DNA of 64,000 nucleotides from Octopus sinensis (Eukaryota), in NCBI RefSeq assembly GCF_006345805.1, contig NW_021833274.1:99052-163051 (forward strand), written 5' to 3'. The position numbers were made by a program, and so were the translations under genes. Below the pieces are notes generated by a model. That model saw only the letters and a program-made list of their open reading frames with translations. It was not told the origin of the DNA and did no database searches. Shown here in pieces: positions 50,130 to 61,499 of this stretch (its first letter is position 1; every line of letters begins with the position of its first letter).

Positions 50130-51374
50130 ACAAAAAATCAATAATCATTTTCCAAAAATTGATTTGAATTTTGATGCCCACGTCGGGTTCTTTCTTATGC
50201 GTAACTATTTCTCAACTCCGAGGCTTTTGTACACCCTAAGGAGTTCTCCTTGTTTTCGCATGCCTAATCTGTTATCCGATATCGATTCTATCTTGAAGTC
50301 TGGAGCCGAGTATCTGTGCAACATCCATTTCGACGCTCTGGGGTGGCTTCAATCTTCCCTGCCTGTTAATCTCGAGGGGATTGGCCTTCGTTCGCCCGTT
50401 TATCTGGCTCTTCCTGCCTTCCTCTCGTCCCTGGAATCATCCCGTGCCCTCACTGACATCGTTCTCAGAAACCTTCCCGAACGAAAAATGTCAGTTGATC
50501 ACGTGGCCGCTCTGGACCTTTGAGATTCATTGTACAACAAAAGACCCAGTGACCCGTGTATCCAAGCTCAATGGGATGCCATTTCTTGTGAAGCTCTTGA
50601 CGTACATCTACGCAAAAATTTCGATCAGCACAGACTTGCATGTCTCCGCGCAGGCTGCTGCACAGGGAGTGGGGCCTGGCTGGATGCTCTCCCTGTCCCT
50701 TCCACCGGTAACCTACTAGACAAAGATTGCCTACGAATTGGTTTATCATTGCGTCTTGGATTGGAAATCTGCGAAATACACAAATGTCGTTGTGGTGCTG
50801 TCATTGACCGTTTTGGTCTACATCCCCTTTCCTGTCGTCGCAGTGCAGGGCGCGCACCACGCCATGCAGCACTTAACGACGTTATTCAGAGGGGGCTCAC
50901 GGCCGCTGGGATTCCATCAATCCTTGAACCCGTTGGGCTTGCGAGGGGAGACGGAAAAAGACCCGACGGCCTATCGACTTTCCCGTTTGAGTTCGGCAAG
51001 TCTCTGTTATGGGATGCGACGTGTTCAGACACTTTCTCGGAGCTCAACCTTCCTTCTTCAGCTGTCGAGCCTGGCTCAGTCTCTCGCAAAACTGAGAAGA
51101 TGAAGATTGGAAAGTACAAGGAGCTCTCTGAACGGTATCTGTTCACTCCCATCGCCGTCGAGACTTCCGGCGTCATCGGCGAAAAGTCTCTTTCCTTTCT
51201 AAAAAGCTTGGCCGCATGATCTCCCATAAACGGGGAGACCCACGCGAGTCCAAGTGGCTTTTCGAAAGGATTTCCTTGGCCATAGTACGTGGAAACTGTG
51301 TTTCCATTTACGATGCCGGGAATTTAGTTAGTTAATAACTATTTGTTAATTACACGTTATTGATAAAAAAAAAA
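50130..51374 (+). mobile_element. CRE-like retrotransposon, 5'-truncated
   Basis: LYTLRSSPCF, LPVNLEGIGLR, SGAWLDALP, CRCGAVIDRFGLHPLSC, KRPDG, PIAVETSG and RISLAIVRGN; A10 tail at 51365-51374. Confidence 0.88.
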
Positions 51375-52532
51375 TCTTGAAACTTGATTTTTTAAAAGTT
51401 ATTTGGCTCATATTTCTAAACATAATTGTTCATATTATGTCAAATCTGATTTTTGAGATTACACCAATATAAATAAACACAATTTATTATTTACCACGAC
51501 CAAATAACACGCAGTTGTTACAAAAAAAACTAATCTGTTTTTGTCTTATTCATATTCTCAAAAGCAATTGTATGATTTAAAAACATTAAAGTAAACTTAA
51601 AAGTCGATTTATGTTCTCAATGAAAATAGTTGACCTCAGCTTTTTTATCTTGTAAGAGGCCAGGTGTTATGAATACAGGAACACAAATAAATTACTAGAA
51701 AGTATAAAGTAATGCAATTACTTCATCGTTTACTTATAGTAATAATAGATTAGTTTTAATTTTACATGTTTAAAGAAAAAAACCATTTAAAAATTACAGT
51801 AACATCATATGAAACCCGAACCAGGCTCGAGATAAAACATGGCTGGCTTATACATTCCCATGTGACGTTGAGAAAAATTACTAAAGTATTATCATTTAGT
51901 TTATTACGTAGTAATTTGACTAGGAATTGAGTCGACTTTATTCACTTGTTGATCTATTAAGGGACGTTTTGGTAGGGGATAATCCTATTTTAAATGATAT
52001 TAAAACTAACTGAGTCGGGAATTTGATTTGGTGTAAATCTTTTAACAGATTTTGCCATTTTATAACACACAAATGTTAATTAAAGAAACCCACACTAAAT
52101 AAATTGCGCGCGGTAAATATTTTATTCAATTAATAAAACTATAATATAAATAAAACATTCTTTCAATATAGTGATCCGCTCTAATGGAGACACCAGATAT
52201 ACTACAATCCCTCACTTATAAAAGTTCTCCGTTAAAAGACCAACTTCTTTTGTTTTCGAGCATGTTTTTATATCCTTTTTTCATAACTAAATTAGTCTCG
52301 ATGTCTGAAGAGACCAACTTAATATTGTACAGGAGGGAGTAATGCTAGATAACAGACATTTTGTTAAAGAAGGCAGAAAACATTTAATGTAAGGTCATAT
52401 TTTATGATCCATAGTAGGAAAAAAATTTGCACTACAGCATATCAAACCATATGGAACTGGTTTGTATATCCTTTTAATGTCGGGAAAAAGTAATTGGATA
52501 GGTAATTAGATATAGTAGGCGTACTTTTCGTC

Positions 52533-52598
52533 GGGTATCTAACCGAAAGAATATCCATGGCTATAGTCAGAGGCAATATTCTGGCTATCTGCCAATGA
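52533..52598 (+). mobile_element. CRE-like 3' tip
   Basis: Encodes YLTERISMAIVRGNILAICQ-stop. Confidence 0.55.
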
Positions 52599-52779
52599 CC
52601 AGTTTTCTCTAGTCCTTCTTATAAATTAGTTATTCAATTTGAATCGTTAAATTATAATCAACTAAATTATTTTCATTAGGAGTGTAGTTTGTCAGTAATT
52701 TCCTTTTTTTGTTTGGAAAAAGAGTTTGGCACAAGCTTTCTTTCATTTTCCATTCACACATAAAAGTTTTTGTGAACAG

Positions 52780-54000
52780 AGAGTTTGAAAAGAGTGAATC
52801 ACTCAAGCAACCTTCCTGCATCAAGACCTAACTTTGATTGAAAAAGGATTTAAATCAGCAGACGATCTCGAGCACCTGAACAGAGGGACTTGGAAGCGAT
52901 TAACAAAACGCATCCAGGAGAGGGTGGCACAAGCAAGGAAATGATTTTTACTTTTGTTTCATAGAACACCAGTTCGTTTGCAAAGTCAAAAATTTTATGG
53001 AAGTAAATGAAAATTCAATTCTTGTTGGGGACGTAAATGCGAGGCATACTGCATATTGGTACGTGAAGTCAAATCATGGTGGAAATTGTTTATTTAAGAT
53101 TAAAAATTCTTCAAATTTTTAAATTTTAACGTCCAAAGAGCTTAGCCGCTTTCAGCTTCTAAGTGGTAATCGATTAGGATTGTTTATTGTTGAGAATGGC
53201 TTAAGTAGTTTGTGTGACCGGCCTTATGTTGAAAATGATGTGGGGAGAGACCATCTTCTACAAATGATGAAATTACGAACGGGAACAGTTCTCACTGAGG
53301 ATGTATTTCTTGGTTATAATATCAGCAACATTGGCAAATACTCAAGAATTTAAATACTAAATCTTGATTAGATCAATTATTTGGATGAAAGAATGAGAAA
53401 TAATATTCTAGGTTATCTTGAGGACTATGGAAAAAAGGTTTTTCTTTTCATACAAAAATCGATTTTATAGTGGTGAATTTGTACATTTTAATTCCATAGA
53501 CTTTAGGCGTAAGATATATTCTTGGTATATTGGAATATGTAACTAATATTATACTATCAACCCATTATTGAGTGTATACTGTCCCTAACTCTTTTATTAT
53601 ATATTCCAATTGATGCGCTATTGCACAATTGCATTGAACCTGTGTAAAGTGCGATAAATAGCACGCTTGGGTTAAATTGTATTGCTAACAAATAATATGA
53701 AGCGGTGAATATCAAAAATTTTGATGTTATGACTATCCATAATAAAAAGTTTCGGAACTAAAACCACAAGTAGACTAAGCTTATTAAAAGTTAAGAAGTC
53801 AAAAATGAACTTGGAAAGTGAATTACTACGGATTGAAAACCAATTGTCGATAGGAATTTTTCTTAAGAGAGGAGTTCCACAGGGATCTGTCCACTTTTAT
53901 TTAACTGTTTGATGTACGACATTTTTCAAATAGATCATCCTAACATGGAGATGATCATTTACGCAGATGATATTTTAATTATAAATTTTTTTATGAGCAA
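52780..54000 (+). mobile_element. Highly degenerate APE-RT LINE remnant
   Basis: LVGDVNARHTAYW (~53020), DVGRDHLL (~53240), RGVPQGSV (~53870) and IYADDILI (~53960) occur in the expected order with large deletions. Confidence 0.6.
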
Positions 54001-54642
54001 TGGAAATTACCAGATTGTTGGTTTGCATAAATTTTGTTAAAAATAATAACTAATGAATCAGGAATACGTATAGAATTTAATTTTCATGTTTAATTAGAAA
54101 ATTGCTGATAGACTTATATAATCTGATGTCTAAACTTAATTTTAATTTGTTAATTTACTGTGGTTACATAACCTGCTGGTAGAAAATAGCGATTAAAATC
54201 ACATACTGTGTTCAAATAATAATTATTGTTGCATCAATTAAATAAGGAAATATATAATTTTTGTTGTCTATTTTCTTTTTTTAGCAGATTAGAAAAAATA
54301 TTGACTTTTAATCCGATAAATAATTTTAATTAATCAAATTTGATACAAGTAAATATGGAAAAGCGAAACTTTCAATTTCACTATAATGTATTTACCGCGT
54401 GATAATTTTGTTATAAATAGTTTTCGCTAAAAAAACAAAAAATATAAAAATGGATGAGTGGGAAAAGGCTGAACAAAAAACTATTGGAGAATTCATGAGT
54501 GAAGTTAGGTCGGCTTTAGAAAAAGCAATAGAACGATCAGGGGACTTCTTACGTTGCCCGGTAATATCATAGAGCCAATTTTTAGAGTCCTGACGATGAC
54601 GATTTTTGGGAAAAAAAGTTCTCACTTTTTTTTAATTTAGAC

Positions 54643-56016
54643 CAGGGGTCACCAAACTTTTTGCACTCGCGGGCCGGATTGACCCCAACACAATGAACGC
54701 GGGCCGGAGCACGTGCATAGGATTATAATTTTACTAGAAATTCATAAGTGTGTTTTTTACAATAAAAACTAATTTAAACAAAAATAAAGTAAACAAAAAT
54801 TTTAATGAGAGCTATGGAACTGTGATCTTTTTTTGATAAGTTCATCAATATTTGGTTTTAAATTGCTGCATCCTATCATGAGAATTGATTTTAAGTGTCC
54901 GTCAGTCAATCTTGCACGATGGGCAGACTTAACATATTTCATCCTCGAAAACGTTTGCTCACATTGGTAAGTTGTGCCAAATATAGAAATCATCTTTATC
55001 GCAAAATTCTTTAGTCTCGGAAACTCATCATCCTTGAGATATTCGTAGAACTCAGCGAGTTTGGTCCGTCTGTGACAATCTTTGAGCTGTTCATTTGATT
55101 GTAAGTCAATCACTTCTAATTGTAATTCATGTTGAACATTTTCAACATTACAAGAAAATGGATTTTCGAACAAAATTATATCGCTTTCAATTTTGTCAAG
55201 TTCAGAAAACTTATGTAAAAAATGATGTTTTAATTCTTTGATAATTCCAAAAAAGAAGTTGCGATGTTCCCGAAATGTCAACTGACTCATCCAATGCAAG
55301 AGAATACCACAACATATTACTTGTCTTTTCACAAATTTGTAAATATATATTTTTTCCAAGCTCTTCAGTTCTCCGTGATACAGAACTCGCCGACAAACTT
55401 ATTCCATCAAATAAGGAAGAATTTAGTGGGCACAAACAATTAACTGCTTCAATAATGCAATTTTTGATATACATCCCATCACTAAAGGGTTTCCCGTGTT
55501 GTGAAATAATTTTCGTTATCTCGTATCCAGCTCTTGTTACATTTTCATTATTTTCAAAATTTTTTTTTATAAGGCCTTGTTGAATTTGTAAAGTGCGTTT
55601 CAGTGATTCAACTTTATCCTCACGTAGCTTTCCAGTGTACTTGGAATATATCGGAGCATGATTCGTTTCATAATGACGTCGAATGTTATACTCCTTCATA
55701 ACAGAGAGATGTTCGTGGCATATTAAACAATAAGCTTTCTGCTTTAATTCATCTTTCGCAAAAAAATACTTCAATTCCCATAATTTATTGAATACACGGC
55801 ATTCGCGGTCAACCTTTCTTTTCATATTAGACATAGCAACAAAGAAAAATTTAACGTTAATGCTGATAAGTTTTTTTTCGAATTAAATCTTGCAAAATAG
55901 TTTTATTTAAGTTAATTATTAAGGTATTAATTGAATATCTCGAAATAGTGCGCGGGCCGGATAAAATGTTGTCGCGGGCCGGATCCGGCCCGCGGGCCGT
56001 AGTTTGGTGACGTCTG
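54643..56016 (-). mobile_element. hAT SPIN-like deletion derivative
   Basis: TIR caggggtcaccaaact / agtttggtgacgtctg; TSD atttagac (54635-54642 / 56017-56024). KRKVDRECRVF...CLIC...ALDESVD joined at ~55250 to FGTTYQCEQTFSRMK. Confidence 0.92.
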
Positions 56017-57274
56017 ATTTAGACGATAAACAATCGGTTATTCATATTAATCATTACTAATAACTTAACATTTAATCTAACACAATGAAAATCATTTTTA
56101 AAATTGATACTGATGGCTTTGTTTTAAGAATTACGTTTTAGAAATAAGCTAGATATTTTTTGTATAAATTGTGGCTAGAGCTTTTTATAAATTGTGGTTT
56201 TTTATAAATTGTGGCTAGACTAGATTCGAACTGGACTAAATTAAAAATAGAATATGACTAAATTCGGTCCATTCTCTCTATTTTGAATTTAAAAATTTTT
56301 AATTTATTTATGGTGTCAATAAATTTTTTCAAAATGAATTTAATTTTGTGTCGTTACTCTAAAAAATTAAGAGCCAATTAACTTCCCAATTAGGTAAGCA
56401 TTCAAAAAGATTTTATAAAACATTTCCTATCAGTCAATCTTTAAAAATATAGAAATTCAAAATCATAAAAATTCATGAAATACTAAAATTTATCTTACAG
56501 GCCTCGCCTCTATACCGGACAATTCTGTGGATCAACATTAATTTTGACATAAAAATTAGACATTTAAAAAAAGAAAGAAAATTCAAAAGTGTGTCGCATT
56601 AGTTTCTGTGTCAATTTTGTAAAGAACGATGATAATTTGTCGATGATAATTTGTCCAGACAAACAAAAGTTGTTAGAATGTGCTATCTAGAACAGTGGTT
56701 CTCAACGGTGGGCGATTCGCCCCCTAGGGGCGATTTTTTCTGCCAGGGGGGCGATGGCTGATTGCTAATATTTGAAAAATTAAAATCTTATGTTAGAAGT
56801 CGATAATCTTTGAAAAAATAAAGATATATAATCCAGTCTAATAATATTTATTAATAATATGATATTTTTATTATATTTTATTAAAATTTCTAAGCGTGAT
56901 TTCTAGTTATCTTTATGGGTCGTGTTCAAAAAAAAGTCAGAATGTATAAAGATGAATATATTTCTCTTGGATTTATTAAAGATCCTCAAGATCCTAATAA
57001 ACCACTTTGTCTTCAATGTGGTACAATTTTTTCGAATGAGGCAATGAAACCGTCTCGTTTGATTGAACATTTAAAGCGAAAACATCATAATTCAATTGGA
57101 AAAAAGCCAGACTTTTTTCTAGAATTAAAAAAGAATTTTGAAAATAAAAACACCTTACCGTCAATCTTTAATAAAAATATATCTCAAAATGTCTCTGGAT
57201 TATCTTATTATTCATATAAAGTTGCAGAGATAATCGCAAAAACTGGTTGCATTATTATTTTAATTTATAGGTAA

Positions 57275-57701
57275 GAAAAAAGTAAGCAATTGGGTGGCTA
57301 AGGGAATTGTCGAGGGCCTGAGGGTCAGCTCAGCGATGCCGCGCTGCGTATTGAGTGGCAGTTTCCGCGGAGCACAGCAACCGAGATTCGCTGGAACAGC
57401 CAGCTCGTCTCCCTTCGGTCGTTTGTTTTTGTGGAGATTTTTCTACCAATGGCGGTGAGGAGTTGAGTCGCAGCCTTTCCGACGATTCCAGAGGTTTCGA
57501 AGGCGAGGGGGGCAAACTCAAAAGCGTCCGAAATACACCGGTATTTCGTCATCTTTGTCTCTTCAACCAGCGCACTGGCGGAACCCGGGTTTGCGACAGT
57601 CCTGGGAAGCATTGTCGCCGAAAAAGAGTCGACACACGTGGCATCCCAAACCAGGGACTTGCCTTCCCTAAAAGGAAAGGTCGTCATCCCGTCGGGACGC
57701 A
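57275..57701 (-). mobile_element. CRE-like 3' fragment with a 13-bp TSD
   Basis: RPDGMTTFPF...WDATC...FAPLAFETSG...FQRISVAVLRGN; direct repeat aatttataggtaa at 57262-57274 and 57702-57714. Confidence 0.9.
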
Positions 57702-57756
57702 AATTTATAGGTAATGCCCATTCGATTGCAGAAAATGTCATCCGTCCTTGTTTAAA

Positions 57757-60005
57757 TCTTAATAATAAAATGGTATGGTGTGTGTCTGTCTGTCTGTGTG
57801 TCTGTCTGTGTGTCTGTCTGTCTGTCTGTGTGTGCACACCAACTTCAAATTGGCAATACGATGTCCTCGACTTACATGATGAGGTCCTTAAAACCTTCCC
57901 CCCAAAAAAATAAAAAAAAAATTTTCTGCATTTTGGTTAAAATGAACAACTACAATGTCCTCGACTTACATGATGAAGTCCTTAAAACCTTCCCCCCCAA
58001 AAAAATTAAAAAAAATTTTCTGCATTTTGGTTAAAATGAACAACTACAATGTCCTCGACTTACATGATGAAGTCCTTAAAACCTTCCCCCCCAAAAAAAT
58101 AAAAAAAAATTTTCTGCATTTTGGTTAAAATGAACAACTACAATGTCCTCGACTTACATGATGAAGTCCTTAAAACCTTCCCCCCAAAAAAAATTAAAAA
58201 AAATTTTCTGCATTTTGGTTAAAATGAACAACTACAATGTCCTCGACTTACATGATGAAGTCCTTAAAACCTTCCCCCCCAAAAAAAATTAAAAAAAAAT
58301 TTTCTGCATTTTGGTTAAAATGAACAACTACAATGTCCTCGACTTACATGATGAAGTCCTTAAAACTTCCCCCCCAAAAAAATTAAAAAAAATTTTCTGC
58401 ATTTTGGTTAAAATGAACAACTACAATGTCCTCGACTTACATGATGAAGTCCTTAAAACCTTCCCCCCCAAAAAAAATTAAAAAAAAATTTTCTGCATTT
58501 TGGTTAAAATGAACAACTACAATGTCCTCGACTTACATGATGAAGTCCTTAAAACCTTCCCCCCAAAAAAAATTAAAAAAAAATTTTCTGCATTTTGGTT
58601 AAAATGAACAACTACAATGTCCTCGACTTACATGATGAAGTCCTTAAAACCTTCCCCCCAAAAAAATTAAAAAAAAATTTTCTGCATTTTGGTTAAAATG
58701 AACAACTACAATGTCCTCGACTTACATGATGAAGTCCTTAAAACCTTCCCTCCCAAAAAAAATTAAAAAAAAATTTTCTGCATTTTGGTTAAAATGAACA
58801 ACTACAATGTCCTCGACTTACATGATGAAGTCCTTAAAACCTTCCCCCCAAAAAATCAAAAAATTATTTTCTGCATTTTGATTAAAATGAACAACGCGAA
58901 TGTCCTCGACATTCATGATGAGGTCCATTAAAACCTTCAAGGCAAAAATCTCACGTATTAAGAATATCCTTGATGAAAACGACAGCGAGAATATTAACAA
59001 TGATGAACTCCCAATTATTCGCGATAAAGAAATTCAATTCATCCTATGTTTTTCTCTTTAAAATTAAATGCATATATCATTATCGACCATGAATCAAAAT
59101 TAAAGCTATTATCATATTTGACTTTGACAGAATGTGCAATCACAGATTGCACGACTTTGAATAGAGTGTGCAATTAACAGATTTTGAAAAACACTTTGAT
59201 AGTTGAAACCACATTAGCACAATCATTAACACAATTTACCACCAATTGACGCACGACCTTGAATAGAGTGTGCAATTAACAGATTTTGAAAAACACTTTG
59301 ATAGTTGAAACCACATTAGCACAACCATTAACACAATTTACCACCAATTGACAGCGCAATCAGAAGAATTTGCGTAAAAATATTAACTATTTACTTGAGT
59401 TTTTCGTAAAGATAGAATTTATTTTCGGTATGCCTCTTTTCCTAAACTTTTTTATTATTCAAAAATAATTTTTTAAATAGATAACCGAAGGAGGAAAAAC
59501 GAAGCTGAAGAAAAAACGGTCAGCTTAATAAGGTAATTAATTAAATCTTTTTTGTGTGTCGCTTTCTTGCCTGCCGCATCTCCCCCTGCCCCATTTCCGC
59601 CAGTAAAAAACAAAAAAATAAAAAAAGAAAAAAAAGGAAATTACAAAGGAAAAATGAAAAAATTAAATATAAAAAAAATAGACCACAAAAAATGAAAAAA
59701 AAAGTTTGCAATGACAATAAACAAGGCCCAGGGACAGTCATTAAAGGTAGTTGGGTTATTTTTAGAGAGTGAGTGCTTTTCACATGGACAGCTGTATGTG
59801 GGATGCTCGAGGGTAGGCAGAAGAGAAAATTTATTCATATATGCCAAGGAAGGACGGACGACAAACATCGTTTATCAACAGGCGATAGAATAGGGTTACA
59901 TTAAACCAGGTAGTTTTATACATCTACATAAACTTATAGTTGTTTGATGAAACAGGCCCTCCGCAGGAGCTAGGTCGCGGTGAGCGAAGCGAGCTGCCGA
60001 GCTAG
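57757..60005 (+). mobile_element. Non-autonomous Helitron (copy 2)
   Basis: A|TC...CTAG|T termini, with the same internal organisation and helicase remnant as 14868-16890. Confidence 0.9.
57857..58940 (+). repeat. ~94-bp minisatellite: 11 full units + 1 degenerate unit
   Basis: Unit starts at 57857, 57951, 58045, 58139, 58233, 58329, 58422, 58518, 58613, 58707, 58803 and ~58896. Confidence 0.95.
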
Positions 60006-60664
60006 TAAAATTTAAAAATGAAAACCTGACACAATTCAGGGGAGAAAAATCTATAAAAATGAAATTCCCGAAATTATGTGAAAAAATGATGCCAATAATA
60101 TTATGTTTTCCTACGTCATACTGCGTAGAGAGAGGATTCAGCACTCTGAATAGTATGATCGGAAAAAAAAGAAACAAACTAAATATAGAAGAAAGAGGCG
60201 ACATTAGAATTACACTTACGAAAAGAAGTACAAATTTTGAAAAACTTGTCAATCTTCATCAACCACAAGGATCTCATTAAAACTCTTATTTTTTAAATAA
60301 AAATTTTTACTACTGAAATAAGGGGGCGATATAAAAATTGGAGGGGCGAAAAAAATTCCAAGGGGGCGATACAAAAATAAAGGTTGAGAACCACTTATCT
60401 AGAACCACTCCAAAGTGATTTTTAGCAGAATTTGCGTAGTTATTGAATAGTCCTTAATAAATATCTACTTTTTAAATATGTCTGATACAATGCTGCATCC
60501 AACTCAATACTTAATGAAAAATTTTTGTGTAAGCTTAAATGTTTGGTTCAATTCATTCATTTATTCGCAGCGTAATCGTTTCCTTCTGTAGTTTTTGTTT
60601 TTCAGTCTAGTTGTTCGCAATATATATTCTTTCGTTGTTTGCAAAAAACAATCAATATGATTAG

Positions 60665-61349
60665 ATCAAATATTGATGTTAGAAGGCAGGTTCATGACCA
60701 CTGAAAATTCAAGTTGGGACCAAAGGTGTTCTGAATAGCGGAAATCCGGTATTTGAAGGATAAAATAGCAGTGATGGCCTATGAGGTGAATAGGTACCAT
60801 ATCATTGTGGCAGAAGTATAAACCGATTTTTAGGGAATTCTGGTATACTGAGTACTCGGTTTAGAGGAGTTTGACTGTATTTCGATACAAGTCAAAAAAA
60901 ATCAAAAAAATATACAGAATAAACATGTACCTCTGGCAAGTAGCGAGAACATTTTCGTGTATGAGGATTCGAAAGATCCAGTCTTTCTGCAACTTTTGAA
61001 AAACAAACCTGATCGAGAAATGGCGCAATTAAACCTCACAAATTTAAACCAGTTTTAGATAGGCTTTACTAAAAAGACTAAAAACATGATTAATATTGTT
61101 TATCTGATGTATGCGCATCATATGAAAGACTCATCATAAAAACAGTCGGGGAAAAAAGTAATCATTTGCGCATAATTCATAAAAAACTGATTAGAAAATG
61201 TACAAAGCATATGACAACATAAAAATCAAGTTATGCCTCTTAGTGCTTCTTATTATGTTGCAGCCAATACAACTAACGAAACTGCGAATAACACATGTGC
61301 AAAATTTATTTGATTAGTTGTATAAAAAACTATGTAAAAATAATTTAGT
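60665..61349 (+). repeat. ~680-bp dispersed non-coding repeat, copy B
   Basis: Colinear with 40500-41180, with scattered substitutions and small indels. Confidence 0.8.
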
Positions 61350-61499
61350 GTTAAATTATGCTTTGCTTATTACTCATACATTTAAATTTCCTTTATTATT
61401 TCATTATCTTCTAAATAAATATTTACATTTTTTATCTGTGCTAAACAACGATAAATAACTAAGATTTAAATTTTGAAGGTTTTTCGGTATTTTTAAATA

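Larger units (their letters stand above)
56693..60396 (+). mobile_element. hAT Buster deletion derivative hosting a CRE fragment and a Helitron; transposase has a 25-nt intron
   Basis: TIR cagtggttctcaac / gttgagaaccactt; TSD atctagaa (56685-56692 / 60397-60404). BED finger CLQCGTIFSNEAMKPSRLIEH; C-terminal FPTSYCVERGFS (60059-60280). Confidence 0.92.

Noticed and set aside
56160-56660. Short direct repeats (tataaattgtgg x3; cgatgataatttgt x2); similar ones at 2148-2197 and 22788-22807
   Set aside because: Consistent with ordinary slippage duplications in AT-rich DNA.
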